In this document: piece after piece, positions 8,235 to 18,695 of the stretch
Position numbering within the stretch: the stretch's first letter is position 1
Layout of the letters: the number at the start of each line of letters is the position of its first letter
Source of the DNA: an uncultured Gemmatimonadales bacterium
GTDB lineage: Bacteria; Gemmatimonadota; Gemmatimonadetes; Gemmatimonadales; GWC2-71-9
Assembly (NCBI GenBank): GCA_963729985.1
Contig: CAVSPJ010000002.1
Span: 394,015-458,014, forward strand
Reading direction: 5' to 3'
DNA length: 64,000 bases
Position numbers and translations under genes: made by a program
The notes under the pieces: generated by a model
Told to the model about the DNA's origin: nothing
The model's input: the letters and a program-made list of their open reading frames with translations, nothing else
Databases searched by the model: none

Positions 8235-10768
8235 CCCCGCTCGGTTTCACCCTGCGGATGGCGGCGCGCGAGGTGCGCGCGTCTCCCCGGCGCTTCCTGC
8301 TCCTCACGGCCTCGGTGGCGGTGGGCGTCGCCGCGCTGGTGGCCATCAATTCCTTTACCGCCAACCTTCGCGACTCGGTGCGGCGGCAGGCCCAGGCCCT
8401 GCTCGGTGCCGATCTCTCGCTGGAGAGCCGTCAGCCGCTCCCCCCGAGCGCCGGCAGGCTGATCGACATGCTGGTGGGCCGCGGCGCGGAGGAGGCGCGA
8501 GTCACCAACTTCTCCGCCATGGCCTACGTGCCCCGTACCGACGGCACCCGGCTGGTTCAGGTCGCGGCGATTCGAGGCGGTTACCCCTTCTATGGGCAGA
8601 TCCGCACCGAGCCGGCCGGCGCCTGGTCCGAGCTGCAGCAGGCCCGGAACGTCGTGGTGGATCCGTCTCTGCTCACCGCTCTCCGGGCCCGGGTGGGCGA
8701 TTCCCTGGCGCTCGGCGAGGCCCGCTTCGTCATCAGCGGGACGGTGGCGAGTGCTCCCGGAAACGTCGGCCTCCGGGCGGCATTCGGGCCCCGGATCTTC
8801 ATCCCCGCTCGATTCCTCGAGGAAACCCGGCTGCTCGGCTTCGGCGCGCGCGCCGAGTACGAGGCCTATCTGCGGCTGCCCTCGGGCATCTCCGCGCAAG
8901 CGATCGCGGCGGAACACCGGAGTCCGCTGCAAGGCGAGCGGGTGCGGCTCCGCACCGTGGCGGACGACCGCGAGCGGCTGAACCAGACGCTTTCTCGCCT
9001 CACCGGGTATCTCGGTCTGGTGGCGCTGGTCGCCCTCCTGCTGGGCGGGATCGGGGTGGCGAGCGCCGTCGTGGTGTTCATCCGTCAGCGGATGGACGCC
9101 ATCGCCGTGCTCCGGTGCCTGGGGGCGACCGGCGGGCGGGTGCTCGCGATCTACGGCGTGGAGACCGCCGGCATGGCACTCGCCGGAAGCCTGGTGGGAG
9201 CGGCGATCGGGGTCGGGTTCCAGCAGGCGCTGCCCGGCCTGCTGGCCGAGCTCCTGCCGGTGGACGTCGAGACCGCGGTCTCCTGGCCCGCCATCGCGCT
9301 CGGAGTGGGGATGGGACTCTGGGTCGCGCTGGTGTTCGCGCTCTTTCCCCTGCTCTCGGTTCGCCGGGTGCCGCCGCTGGCGGCGCTACGACGCGAGTAC
9401 GAGCCGGGGCCCCGGGCGCGCGATCCGTGGCGCTGGATGGTGTCCGCGGCGCTGGCGGCGAGTACCGTCGCCCTCGCGGCAATCCAGGTGGGAAGTCTGC
9501 GCCAGGGCGCCATCTTCGCGGCAGGTCTGGGGCTGGCGTTGCTGGTGCTGTGGGCGGCGTCCTGGGCGCTGGTCCGGGCCGTGCGCCGCTGGCTCCCCTC
9601 GGGCTGGCCCTACCTTTGGCGGCAAGGGCTCTCCAACCTGCATCGCCCGTCGAACCAGACCGTCACCGTCGTCCTGGCGATCGGATTCGGCGCCTTCCTC
9701 CTGGGCACGCTGGTGCTGGTGCAGCTCAACCTGCTCCAGCAGCTCCGACTGACCGGCGGGCCGGCCCGGCCCAACCTGGTGCTCTTCGATATCCAGCCGG
9801 ACCAGCTCGCCGCGGTGCAGCGAGAATTGCGCGATGCCGGGCTCTCCGCCGTCGCACCGGTCCCCGTCGTGCCGATGCGGGTCGCAACGGTGAAGGGACG
9901 GGCGGTCCGGGGGATTCTCTCGGATACCACGGCCACTGGCGCCGGCTCGGGCTCGTGGGCGTTCCGGCGGGAGTACCGGTCCACTTATCGGGACACACTG
10001 GTGGCGTCCGAGCGGCTTGCGGCCGGTTCCTGGTGGGGCAAGGCGGGACCGCTTCCCCGGATTTCCGTCGAGTCGGGATTGGCGCAGGAGCTCGGGGTCG
10101 GGGTTGGCGACGAGATCGTGTGGGACGTGCAGGGCATCCGGATCCCGACCCGCGTAGCCAGCCTCCGCGAGGTGGACTGGGCGCGGTTCGAGCCGAATTT
10201 CTTCGTGGTCTTCGAGCCCGGGTCGCTGGAGGGAGCGCCCCAGACGCTGTTGACGCTGACCCGGATCGAGTCGGCGGCCGCGCGGGGAACCTTCCAGCGC
10301 CGCCTGGCGGAGCGGATCCCCAATGTCACCACGCTCGACCTGTCGGTGGTGCAGGAGGCGCTCGAGCGCCTGGTGGATCGGGTCGTGCTGGCGATCCGCT
10401 TCATGGCCGCGTTCACGCTGGGGACCGGAACCGTGGTCCTGATCGGTGCGCTCGCAACCAGCCGCTTTCAGCGTATCCGGGAGGGCGCGCTGCTGCGAGC
10501 TCTGGGTGCCACCCGCTCGCAGCTCCTCGGGATCGTGTTCGCGGAATACCTCGTCCTCGGCGCGATGGCGGCCGCGGTCGCCGCGGTGCTCTCGGCGGGG
10601 GCAGCGTGGGCCCTGGCGAAATGGGTGTTCGAGGGACGCTTCTCCCCTCAGCCGCTTCCGCTGGCCACCCTCGCGCTCGGCGTGGTGGCGCTGACGGTCG
10701 TGGTGGGGCTGATCAACAGCCGAGAAGTGATTCGCCGGACGCCCCTCGAGGTGCTGCGGGGAGCGTAG
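8231..10768 (+). CDS. FtsX-like ABC transporter permease with duplicated MacB-type halves (YbbP-like)
   Basis: 845 aa. GTG 8231 overlaps the ATPase stop (GTGA). Two FtsX/MacB permease modules with large extracytoplasmic loops. Confidence 0.85.
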   Translation: MTPLGFTLRMAAREVRASPRRFLLLTASVAVGVAALVAINSFTANLRDSVRRQAQALLGADLSLESRQPLPPSAGRLIDMLVGRGAEEARVTNFSAMAYVPRTDGTRLVQVAAIRGGYPFYGQIRTEPAGAWSELQQARNVVVDPSLLTALRARVGDSLALGEARFVISGTVASAPGNVGLRAAFGPRIFIPARFLEETRLLGFGARAEYEAYLRLPSGISAQAIAAEHRSPLQGERVRLRTVADDRERLNQTLSRLTGYLGLVALVALLLGGIGVASAVVVFIRQRMDAIAVLRCLGATGGRVLAIYGVETAGMALAGSLVGAAIGVGFQQALPGLLAELLPVDVETAVSWPAIALGVGMGLWVALVFALFPLLSVRRVPPLAALRREYEPGPRARDPWRWMVSAALAASTVALAAIQVGSLRQGAIFAAGLGLALLVLWAASWALVRAVRRWLPSGWPYLWRQGLSNLHRPSNQTVTVVLAIGFGAFLLGTLVLVQLNLLQQLRLTGGPARPNLVLFDIQPDQLAAVQRELRDAGLSAVAPVPVVPMRVATVKGRAVRGILSDTTATGAGSGSWAFRREYRSTYRDTLVASERLAAGSWWGKAGPLPRISVESGLAQELGVGVGDEIVWDVQGIRIPTRVASLREVDWARFEPNFFVVFEPGSLEGAPQTLLTLTRIESAAARGTFQRRLAERIPNVTTLDLSVVQEALERLVDRVVLAIRFMAAFTLGTGTVVLIGALATSRFQRIREGALLRALGATRSQLLGIVFAEYLVLGAMAAAVAAVLSAGAAWALAKWVFEGRFSPQPLPLATLALGVVALTVVVGLINSREVIRRTPLEVLRGA

Positions 10769-10790
10769 GCGGGACGCTATACTTCCCCCC

Positions 10791-11687
10791 ATGCTCCCCA
10801 TCGACCTCACGGGCAAGCGCGCCCTCGTCGCCGGCGTGTCGGACGATGCGGGTTTCGGCTTTGCGATCGCCAAGTCGCTCGCCGAGGCCGGCGCGACGAT
10901 CTGCCTCGGCAGTTGGCCCCCCGCGCTCGGCATCTTTACCAAGCTGCTGGAGCGCGGGAAGATCGAAGAATCCCTGAAGCTCGGCGACGGCCGCAAGCTG
11001 GAGTTCGAGCGGATCTACCCGCTCGATGCGGCCTGGGATACCATGGCGGACGTGCCGCTGGACATCCGTGAGAACAAGCGCTACAAGGAGCAGGGCGACT
11101 TCACGACCGGGGGTCTGGCGGGGCGGGTGCGTGAGGATTTCGGGGAGAACGGGTTGGACATCGTGGTGCACAGCCTGGCGAACGGCCCCGAGGTGAAGTC
11201 GCCGCTGGTGGATACCTCCCGCGCAGGCTACCTGGCCGCGGTCAGCGTGAGTGCCTACAGCAACATCGCCCTGGTGCGCAGCCTGTCGCCGCTGATGAGG
11301 CCGAACGGGGCGTTTCTCTCCCTCACCTACCTCGCCGGCGAGCGGGTCATCCCCGGCTACGGCGGCGGGATGTCGTCGGCCAAGGCGGCGCTCGAGGCTG
11401 ACACCCGAACCCTCGCCTTCGAGGCCGGGCGGCGCTGGGGAGTACGGGTCAACGCGATCTCGGCCGGCCCCTGGGCGTCGCGGGCCGCCACCGCGATCGG
11501 CTTCATCCATACGATGATCGAATACACCAGCGCCAACGCGCCCCTACCCCGCCCGATTCAGGCGACCGACGTCGGGCATACCGCCGCCTTTCTCTGCAGT
11601 CCCCTGGCCGCCGCGATCACCGGCAGCGTGGTCTACGTGGACAACGGGTATCATGCGATGGGGATGGCGGTCCCGCCGACGACGTGA
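10791..11687 (+). CDS. fabI: Enoyl-[acyl-carrier-protein] reductase (NADH), long plant/chlamydia-like FabI type
   Basis: Sequence ...[23 protein letters not shown]...[26 protein letters not shown]... has the SDR fold with the FabI Y-x6-K context. Confidence 0.85.
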   Translation: MLPIDLTGKRALVAGVSDDAGFGFAIAKSLAEAGATICLGSWPPALGIFTKLLERGKIEESLKLGDGRKLEFERIYPLDAAWDTMADVPLDIRENKRYKEQGDFTTGGLAGRVREDFGENGLDIVVHSLANGPEVKSPLVDTSRAGYLAAVSVSAYSNIALVRSLSPLMRPNGAFLSLTYLAGERVIPGYGGGMSSAKAALEADTRTLAFEAGRRWGVRVNAISAGPWASRAATAIGFIHTMIEYTSANAPLPRPIQATDVGHTAAFLCSPLAAAITGSVVYVDNGYHAMGMAVPPTT

Positions 11688-11693
11688 GGAGGA

Positions 11694-14090
11694 CTACCCG
11701 CCTCGCACCTTGGCCACCAGATCACTCAGCGCGCTCAGCTCGAAGGGCTTCTCCAGCACCGGTCTGGGGGTGCGATTGAGAAATGCCCGGACGGGTTGAG
11801 AGGCCACGTCTCCGGTGGCGATCACCAGCCGGGCGAACAGGTCGGGCCGATGCTCGGCCAGCCAATCGTGCACCTCGAAGCCGGATACGATCGGCATCCG
11901 CAGGTCGGTGATCACCAGGTCATATCCGTCCACCGGCGCCTTCTGCAGCAGGCTCAACGCGGCTCCCCCATCCTCCGCTTCGTCCACCGCCCACCCGGTA
12001 CGCCGCAGGTAGCGACCGAGCGCCAGGCGGATCGAGCGCTCGTCGTCCACCACCAGGACGCGGGGGCGGGCCTTGGCTTCGGGCCCGGTCTCGATGGAGG
12101 CCGGTTCCGACGGCTTGACCGTCCTCCCCGCTGCCGCGGCCGACGCGGACGGGAGCGTCACCACGAACCGCGCACCCTTGCCGTCGCCCCCGGCTTCGGC
12201 CCGCAGCGTCCCGCCCTGTCGCTGCACGATGCCTAGCGAGACCGCGAGGCCCAGACCGGTGCCTTGCCCTTCCGGCTTCGTGGTGAAGAATGGCTCGAAG
12301 ATCCGGGGCAGTACTTCCGGCGGAATGCCCGGTCCGCTGTCCTCCACCACAAATTGCCAGCCGCCGCTCACCTGGCTGACCTCCACCCGCACCTGCCCGC
12401 CCTCCCCCGACGCATGGATCGCGTTCACCATCAGGTTGGCCAAAACCCGCTCCAGTCCCGAGGCGTCGGTGAAGAGCGTTGCCATGTCCGGCTGAACCGT
12501 GACGTCGAGCCGCGTCCGGTGCTCGCGCAGCATCGCCTCGGCCGCCGCCCGGGCGCGCGCCAGCACGACCGGCGCCGCAGCTACCTCGGGCCGGCGCTCC
12601 TGCCCTCGCGCGAACGACAGCAGGTCCCGCACGATGGTGCGGCAGCGACGAGCCTGATCCGCGATCGTGTCCAGCGCTTCCCGGTCGAGGCCGGCCACAG
12701 TGGCCTCCGCCCGCAGGTCCTCCGCCAGGTGGAGGACCGCGGACAGGGGGTTGTTGAGCTCGTGGGCGACGCCCGAGGCGACCCGGCCGATCGCGGTGAG
12801 ACGCTCGTGTTGGAGGGCCTGGCTCTGGACCTGCTGGAGACGGTCGTAGGCGGTGCGGAGGTCGGCCTCGTCGGATCGTACCCGGGCGGCCATGCGGTCG
12901 AAGGCGCGGGCCAGGGCGGCCACCTCGTCGCCCCGGAAGAACCCGACCGGCGCGACGTCCAGATCGCCCCGGGCCATCTGCGCCGCGGCGCGGCGCAGCC
13001 GGTCGATGGGAAGTACCAGGCTGTGCGCCAGGCCCGCGGCCAACACCAGCCCGACCACCAGGGCCGCCAGGGCGACCGCGGCCGAGGTGCGCGCCTCCGC
13101 CACCAGTTCCGTAGCGTAGTCCCCGAGCGGGGAGACTGCCACGAAGGCCGCGCCGCCGCCGTCGGGCAGCATCGCGGGGCGGTGCAGGAAGGCGATCACC
13201 TTGTGCTCCCCGTCGCGACTCGCGAACCACCCTTCGTTCTGCTCCTGAACAGCGCCGAAAGCCCCCCATCCCTGACTGGACAGCACCGTGCCCTCGCCCC
13301 GTCCGGCGATGATCAAGTTGTCCGACGACCGGACGATGAATCCGTAGGTGTTCGGCCCCAGTGGCTCGAGCGCCGCTTCCAGGGCAGGTTCGCTGGAGGA
13401 CTCCCGCAATGCCGCGACAAGCGCGTGGGCTCTGGATTCCTCCCAGTGGAGCTGGCTCTGGCTGAGCGCGTGGAGCACGATCGGTACGGCGACCCCCACC
13501 GTGAGGGCCACGGCGATCGAGAAGACCTTCACATAGAGGGACTCCACGACTCGATTTTCCGGGTCCGCTCCGCGCAGCAGTGGTGGCACGGGGAGGTCCT
13601 GGATCGCCCGTTCGGCCAGGAGGTAAGCCACCACCGCGACCAGCCCGCCGAGGGCGGGACCCTGGACCATGATCTTGATGACTTCCAGGGTGGGGAGCGC
13701 CGCGAAGTAGTCCACCTGCAGCGCCCCCAGCACGTAGCCGAGGGTGCTGGTTCCCAGCACCATCCAGAACAGGAACATGGGAAAGCGGGCGAGCTGGCGG
13801 GCGGTATCGGGATGGCCATCGGGCAACCGGCGGATGAGCCGCCGAAGTCGGAGCCAGGGAAACAACACCGCGCCGGTCCACCCGATGGCCGGCACCTCCC
13901 AGGCGTAACAGAACAGGATCCAGCTCAGCTGTTTTTCGTTGACCAGCCACCACAGCCGGGAGAAATGAATCCCAATGACCCACCAGCCGAGAATCGACAC
14001 CAGCAGCAACTGCACGGCGAGCCGACCGGCGACCCCGGTTGGAGGTGGCTTGCTGGTGTCGGGGGGCGGGGGTGCTGCGACAATGGTCAA
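11694..14090 (-). CDS. Hybrid sensor histidine kinase / response regulator (multi-TM N-terminus, HAMP, HisKA, HATPase_c, C-terminal REC)
   Basis: H-box [11 protein letters not shown]-boxes DSGPGIP and GTGLGLAV, receiver RVLVVDDE...ITDLRMP. The start is set at TTG 14090 because a divergent gene starts at 14190. The ORF-track start 14390 is unlikely. Confidence 0.85.
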   Translation of the reverse strand: MTIVAAPPPPDTSKPPPTGVAGRLAVQLLLVSILGWWVIGIHFSRLWWLVNEKQLSWILFCYAWEVPAIGWTGAVLFPWLRLRRLIRRLPDGHPDTARQLARFPMFLFWMVLGTSTLGYVLGALQVDYFAALPTLEVIKIMVQGPALGGLVAVVAYLLAERAIQDLPVPPLLRGADPENRVVESLYVKVFSIAVALTVGVAVPIVLHALSQSQLHWEESRAHALVAALRESSSEPALEAALEPLGPNTYGFIVRSSDNLIIAGRGEGTVLSSQGWGAFGAVQEQNEGWFASRDGEHKVIAFLHRPAMLPDGGGAAFVAVSPLGDYATELVAEARTSAAVALAALVVGLVLAAGLAHSLVLPIDRLRRAAAQMARGDLDVAPVGFFRGDEVAALARAFDRMAARVRSDEADLRTAYDRLQQVQSQALQHERLTAIGRVASGVAHELNNPLSAVLHLAEDLRAEATVAGLDREALDTIADQARRCRTIVRDLLSFARGQERRPEVAAAPVVLARARAAAEAMLREHRTRLDVTVQPDMATLFTDASGLERVLANLMVNAIHASGEGGQVRVEVSQVSGGWQFVVEDSGPGIPPEVLPRIFEPFFTTKPEGQGTGLGLAVSLGIVQRQGGTLRAEAGGDGKGARFVVTLPSASAAAAGRTVKPSEPASIETGPEAKARPRVLVVDDERSIRLALGRYLRRTGWAVDEAEDGGAALSLLQKAPVDGYDLVITDLRMPIVSGFEVHDWLAEHRPDLFARLVIATGDVASQPVRAFLNRTPRPVLEKPFELSALSDLVAKVRGG

Positions 14091-14189
14091 AGAGTGGGCT
14101 TGGGCTCGGAGCCTGGGCTGGGAGATCGTATAATACCTGCTTGCCCGCCCGTCCGGATACCCGAGGGCCAGGCTCCACCAGGGAGCTCC

Positions 14190-14954
14190 ATGTCTCAGGA
14201 GTTGTTGTCGCAGGAGCAGGGTCCGGTCCACCGGCTGACCCTGAACCGTCCAGCACGGCGAAATGCCCTCACGCCTGATCTCGCGGGCGCGCTCGCGGCC
14301 GAGCTGGATCTGATCGAGGAGCGTGGCGCCGCCCACGTGGTGGTGCTGGCAGGCGCCGGCGGCCACTTCTGCGCCGGTCTGGATCTCCACTGGCTCCGGT
14401 CCCTGGGCGACCTTCCCTCCACGGCCGCGCTGCAGCGCGGCCTCAGCGCCTTCCAGGCGGCCGTCCTCGCCATCGTCCGGTGCCCGGTGCCGGTGCTGGC
14501 CGAGATCCGGGGCACGGCGGCGGGGTTCGGTCTCGATCTCGCCCTCGCCTGCGACATGCGCCTGGCGGAATCAGGGGCCACACTCACATCCGCCTTCGCC
14601 CGCATGGGGCTGGTGCCAGACGGCGGCTCGACCTTCACCCTGCCGCGGCTCCTTGGACTGGGCCAGGCGCTCCGCTTCCTCCTGGCCGGCGAGACGCTGA
14701 GTGCCACCCGCGCGTCGGCCCTCGGCCTGGTGGACGAGGTGAAGGACGAGCCCGAGCTCGACGCAGCGGTCGCCGGGGTGGCGAAGTCGATCGCGTCCTC
14801 GTCTCCCGCGAGCGTGCGCGCCATCAAGCGCCTGGTCCGCCGGGACGAGCTGGGCGCGCTGGAGCAGGCCCTCGCCGCCGAGGGGGCGGCACAGATCCAG
14901 GCCCTCCAGAGCCCCGAGTTCCACCGCCGGCTCGAGGCGTTCGTCTCCCGGTGA
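14190..14954 (+). CDS. Enoyl-CoA hydratase/isomerase (crotonase) family protein
   Basis: MSQELLSQEQGPVHRLTLNRPARRNAL...GGHFCAGLDL... matches the crotonase signature. Confidence 0.85.
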   Translation: MSQELLSQEQGPVHRLTLNRPARRNALTPDLAGALAAELDLIEERGAAHVVVLAGAGGHFCAGLDLHWLRSLGDLPSTAALQRGLSAFQAAVLAIVRCPVPVLAEIRGTAAGFGLDLALACDMRLAESGATLTSAFARMGLVPDGGSTFTLPRLLGLGQALRFLLAGETLSATRASALGLVDEVKDEPELDAAVAGVAKSIASSSPASVRAIKRLVRRDELGALEQALAAEGAAQIQALQSPEFHRRLEAFVSR

Positions 14955-15760
14955 GCGCTACGCGGATCTTCCCCCGTGATCTATTGGCCGGGAAGGTCGC
15001 GCTCATCACCGGCGGCGGGACCGGGATCGGCTTCGGCATAGCCTCCTGCCTCGCGCGAACGGGAGCGACGGTCGCCCTCGCGAGCCGGAAGCCGGAGCAC
15101 CTCGCGGCGGCGGCCGACGGGCTCCGGGCCGACGGCGCCACGGTGTCGACCGTGGAGACCAACGTCCGGGAGCGCGACCAGGTCGGCCGGATGGTGGAGC
15201 GCGTGGTCGAGGAGCATGGCCGGATCGATCTCCTGGTCAACAACGCGGCGGGCAACTTCTACGCGCCGTCGGCCACCCTCTCGCACAACGCGTGGCGGGC
15301 GGTGGTGGAGACGGATCTCTACGGCACCTTCTACTGTTCCCAGGCGGTCCACCCCGTGATGAAGGCCCAGGGCGGCGGCCGCATCGTCTCCATCTCGATG
15401 ACCCTGCACTACCGCGGCTGGCCCCTCATGGCCCACGCCACCGCGGCCAAGGCCGGGGTGGACGCCCTCACTCGGACGCTCGCGCTGGAGTGGGCGGAAG
15501 ACGGGATCACCGTCAACGCCATCGCCCCTGGGCCGATTCCGACCGAAGGCGTGAAGCAGGCGTTCACCCCCCCGGGTGGGGCTCCCAACGTGCCCGCCAT
15601 GGACGAATACGCCGCCCGGGCGATACCGTTGGGCCGGTGGGGCACGCCGGAGGACGTCGGCCACCTGGTCGTCTTCCTGGCGAGCCCTGCCGGTGATTGG
15701 ATCACCGGCTCGATCATCGTGGTGGATGGTGGGTCATGGCTCGCCGGCGACCGGCGCTGA
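14951..15760 (+). CDS. SDR family oxidoreductase (2,4-dienoyl-CoA / trans-2-enoyl-CoA reductase-like)
   Basis: GTG 14951 is in a GTGA overlap with the hydratase stop. Rossmann motif ITGGGTGIG, then NNAAGNF and a ...HATAAKAG... catalytic region. Confidence 0.8.
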   Translation: MSATRIFPRDLLAGKVALITGGGTGIGFGIASCLARTGATVALASRKPEHLAAAADGLRADGATVSTVETNVRERDQVGRMVERVVEEHGRIDLLVNNAAGNFYAPSATLSHNAWRAVVETDLYGTFYCSQAVHPVMKAQGGGRIVSISMTLHYRGWPLMAHATAAKAGVDALTRTLALEWAEDGITVNAIAPGPIPTEGVKQAFTPPGGAPNVPAMDEYAARAIPLGRWGTPEDVGHLVVFLASPAGDWITGSIIVVDGGSWLAGDRR

Positions 15761-15770
15761 GGAGACTTCC

Positions 15771-16469
15771 ATGTTTCTCGGACACTTCGGCGTCGCCTTC
15801 GCCCTGAAGCGCGCCGAACCGAAGCTGTCGCTCGGCACGCTCTTCCTGGCGGTTCAGCTGGCGGACCTGCTGTGGGGCGCGTTCCTGCTGCTGGGCTGGG
15901 AGCGGGTCCGGATCGATCCGGGCTACACCGCGGTGACGCCGCTGCAATTCCTCGACTATCCCATTTCCCACGGCCTGGTCGGCATGACGACGTGGGCCCT
16001 GATCGGGGCGGCGGTCTACTATTCCTGGCCCACCCGCGATACCAGCCGGCATTGGCAGGCCGCCGCGATGGTGGGCCTGGCGATCCTCTCGCATTTCCCG
16101 CTCGACGTCGTCGTGCACGTGCCCGACCTGCCGATCTGGGGCCAGGACTCCACCAAGCTCGGCCTGGGCCTCTGGAACCATCGTACCGCGACGCTGCTCC
16201 TGGAGCTGGGGACGCTCACCGCCGGCGTCGCGATCTACGCCGGCTTCCGATCGCACCGCCACCCGGTCCGGCCGGGAGCCCTGTCCGGTCTGGTGCTGAC
16301 CCTCGTCGCGATCTATCTCGTCAGCTTCTTCGGACCGCCGCCGCCGAGCGTCACGGCGATCGCCGTGACCGACATCATCGGGCTGCTGCTGTTGGCCGGA
16401 TTCGCGGCCTGGACCGACCGGCGCACCACGCCGGCGGAGCTGGCCGCCGCCGGGCTCTCGACCCGCTAG
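15771..16469 (+). CDS. Polytopic membrane protein (hypothetical)
   Basis: 232 aa with about 6 predicted TM helices and His-rich loops (ISHG, SHFPLDVVVH). The family assignment is uncertain. Confidence 0.6.
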   Translation: MFLGHFGVAFALKRAEPKLSLGTLFLAVQLADLLWGAFLLLGWERVRIDPGYTAVTPLQFLDYPISHGLVGMTTWALIGAAVYYSWPTRDTSRHWQAAAMVGLAILSHFPLDVVVHVPDLPIWGQDSTKLGLGLWNHRTATLLLELGTLTAGVAIYAGFRSHRHPVRPGALSGLVLTLVAIYLVSFFGPPPPSVTAIAVTDIIGLLLLAGFAAWTDRRTTPAELAAAGLSTR

Positions 16470-16472
16470 CCG

Positions 16473-16838
16473 ATGGAGCGCCTGTTTTTCGCTCTGGGCG
16501 CTGCTTCCGCGCTGATATCGGTCGGCGCGGGCGCCTTTGGTGCGCACGCCCTGCAAGCCAGGCTCTCGCCCGAGCTGCTGGTGGCCTTCGAAACGGGAGT
16601 GCGCTATCAGATGTACCATGCGCTGGGGCTGCTCGCGGTGGCACGGGCGGTGACTCGGTGGAGGGGGCCCTGGGCGCTCCGCGCCGGATGGCTCTTCGTG
16701 GCCGGCACGATCCTCTTTTCCGGCAGCCTCTACGGGCTGGCCCTCTCGGGCGCGACCCGGCTGGGCGCCGTGACGCCGCTTGGCGGCGTCGCCTTCCTCG
16801 CCGGATGGGCCTGCCTGATCCTCGCTGTCCGCCGCTGA
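16473..16838 (+). CDS. DUF423 (YgdD/TMEM256-like) membrane protein
   Basis: 121 aa. GAFGAHAL...YQMYHALGLL...GTILFSGSLY is the characteristic DUF423 pattern. Confidence 0.75.
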   Translation: MERLFFALGAASALISVGAGAFGAHALQARLSPELLVAFETGVRYQMYHALGLLAVARAVTRWRGPWALRAGWLFVAGTILFSGSLYGLALSGATRLGAVTPLGGVAFLAGWACLILAVRR

Positions 16839-16870
16839 AGGCTCTCGCCGGAGGAGCGTGATTGTTCGGC

Positions 16871-16901
16871 AAAAGGGCCCGAGCATGGCTCGGGCCCTTT
16901 T
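16871..16901. terminator. Bidirectional intrinsic terminator hairpin between convergent genes
   Basis: AAAAGGGCCCGAGC-atg-GCTCGGGCCCTTTT: a perfect 14-bp stem including the A/T tracts on both sides. Confidence 0.7.
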
Positions 16902-16933
16902 GCTCACCACCCCCGCGGGGCGCGGCGGAACGG

Positions 16934-17695
16934 TTACTCCGCTTGCGCCGCCACCTCGTCCTCGATCTTGAGGAGCTCGAGCTTCCCGGACGTACCGATC
17001 AGCACGAAGGTATAGCTCTTCCCGGCCTCGAGCTTCGTGTTGGGGAGCGACGCCAGCGTCGCGTCCTTATTGTCGGCCTTCACGACCAGGGTGCCCGAAG
17101 CAGGATCGAACTCCTCCCATCCGGCCTCAGCCTTGAAGTTGACCCCGTCGAAGAGCGGATCCTTCTGCCCGCGCAGGAACAGGTCGACATCGGTGTCGCC
17201 GGCCATGCCATTGATGAAGCGTACTCGCGCCTTGCCGTCGGTCATCGGCTTCAGGTTGTCATCCAGCACCCGGAGGTTCTGATCGTCCGGGTCCTCGGAC
17301 GGGAGGGCGACGATGGTGTAGTGGCCGCCGTCCTGGAGGTTTTCGCGGTTCGACGCCAGAGCATCACCCTTGGGCGCGTCGCCTTGTTTGATCTGGAAGT
17401 TGTAGAGGTGATCGGGAATCTCCTCATAGCCGGTGGCCTGCTTGAAGCCCACGTCCTTGAAGGCGGCACTGTCACCGGCGTAAATCGTCAAGGCGGACTG
17501 CCCGGCAATGCCGTTCACGGCCCGGATCAGCGCGTGGCCGCGCTCCTCGACCGCCTCGGCGGCGGGGGCGCTGGACGTCTCTCCGCCGGACTTGGACGTC
17601 ACCGCACCGGTCTCCCGGGTCTCGTTGCAGGCCGCCGTGAAGCCCACCGTTCCGATCACCAGTATGCCCGCCAGTGTTACCGTCAGATTTCGCAT
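16934..17695 (-). CDS. DUF4397-like lipoprotein
   Basis: Lipobox GFTAAC. Two repeats of the pattern ...RxxNGxAG...xDxxxxG... typical of DUF4397. Confidence 0.6.
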   Translation of the reverse strand: MRNLTVTLAGILVIGTVGFTAACNETRETGAVTSKSGGETSSAPAAEAVEERGHALIRAVNGIAGQSALTIYAGDSAAFKDVGFKQATGYEEIPDHLYNFQIKQGDAPKGDALASNRENLQDGGHYTIVALPSEDPDDQNLRVLDDNLKPMTDGKARVRFINGMAGDTDVDLFLRGQKDPLFDGVNFKAEAGWEEFDPASGTLVVKADNKDATLASLPNTKLEAGKSYTFVLIGTSGKLELLKIEDEVAAQAE

Positions 17696-17795
17696 GAAGT
17701 ATCGAGCTCCTGTTGGGGTCCGCCCACCAGTGTGGGAGCCTAGTCTCGTGTGCCACCGAGTTTAGGCCTTTCGGCCGGCCCCGGCTGTGGCGCAC

Positions 17796-17843
17796 CTCGC
17801 GGGGCCACGAGTGACCGGGATCACTGGGCGTGGCCCCCGCGAG
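17796..17843. other. Long GC-rich nested hairpin in a 316-nt divergent intergenic region
   Basis: CTCGCGGGGCCACG (17796-17809) pairs with CGTGGCCCCCGCGAG (17829-17843) with one bulge. An inner hairpin GTGACCGGGATCAC lies at 17811-17824. Confidence 0.5.
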
Positions 17844-18011
17844 CGATGCCGGCACCGCCAGGGTCGGAATGCACGATCTCTCACGGCAACGTCATCGAGC
17901 CGGCCTGCTCACGCAACAAATAAGTAACCTTCGGTTCAATTCCGCCCCCCGCCCTTGCATTGAGGGGTCAGGCTGGTAACTTAGGCCTCTTGTTGAAGGA
18001 CTAAACAAATA

Positions 18012-18695
18012 GTGAAAAGGAAGAACCGCGTGGTGAAACCGCCCTCCCACTTGTCCGAAGCTCCCGAGGAACGACGCAAATGGAACCGGCGCCCTGAGGC
18101 CCGGCCCGCCGAAATCCTGTCGGCCGCCTTTCAGGTCTTCGCCGAGGCTGGATACGAGCGCACTACGATCGCCGACGTCGGCGAGCGCGCCGGCGTGAGT
18201 CCGGCCCTGGTGGTGCACTACTTCGGGAGCAAGGCCGATCTCTTCGTGGCCGTGATCCAGGACCGCTTCGGGACCTTCGTCGCCGGTGAGGAGGCGCTTC
18301 TCGCCTCGCATCGAGGGACCTACCGGGACCTGCTCCATCAGTTGGTTCGCCGGCTCTGGGAGCACCTCTGGGAGCCCGGCAGTATCGAGCTGGCGCTCGC
18401 CGTAAAGACCAAGCGGAGCGAGTTCCCCGAATGCGCCCGCACGCTCTCCGAGCTCGGGGGACGCTGGCGCCGTCTCATCGAGGGAGTCCTGGAGGCCGGA
18501 CGGCAGCAGGGAGAGTTTCGCATTTCCGGGCCGCACGCGGCCCGGGTCATTGGCGCCATGGTCATGGGAGTCGCCGAGGCGACCAGATGCCTGGGCAGCG
18601 TCGAGCCGCACCCCTCCACCCCGGAAGAGCTGTGGACCGCGCTCGTCGCCTTTCTCGACCACGGCGTGCTCGCCGCGCAAGGAGAATCACAGTGA
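18012..18695 (+). CDS. TetR/AcrR family transcriptional regulator
   Basis: HTH region ...ILSAAFQVFAEAGYERTTIADVGERAGVSPALVVHYFGSK..., immediately upstream of an efflux operon. Confidence 0.85.
   Translation: MKRKNRVVKPPSHLSEAPEERRKWNRRPEARPAEILSAAFQVFAEAGYERTTIADVGERAGVSPALVVHYFGSKADLFVAVIQDRFGTFVAGEEALLASHRGTYRDLLHQLVRRLWEHLWEPGSIELALAVKTKRSEFPECARTLSELGGRWRRLIEGVLEAGRQQGEFRISGPHAARVIGAMVMGVAEATRCLGSVEPHPSTPEELWTALVAFLDHGVLAAQGESQ

Noticed and set aside
14129-14134. Perfect TATAAT hexamer in the kinase / enoyl-CoA hydratase divergent spacer
   Set aside because: There is no acceptable -35 at 16-18 nt spacing on the plus strand. It may still be part of a promoter, but the support is insufficient.
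11920-14256. 778-aa minus-strand ORF, plus the 5' 640 codons of the 896-aa plus-strand ORF 12264..14954
   Set aside because: These are shadow frames of the histidine kinase gene. Only the last 254 codons of the plus ORF (from ATG 14190) encode a recognisable protein, the enoyl-CoA hydratase.
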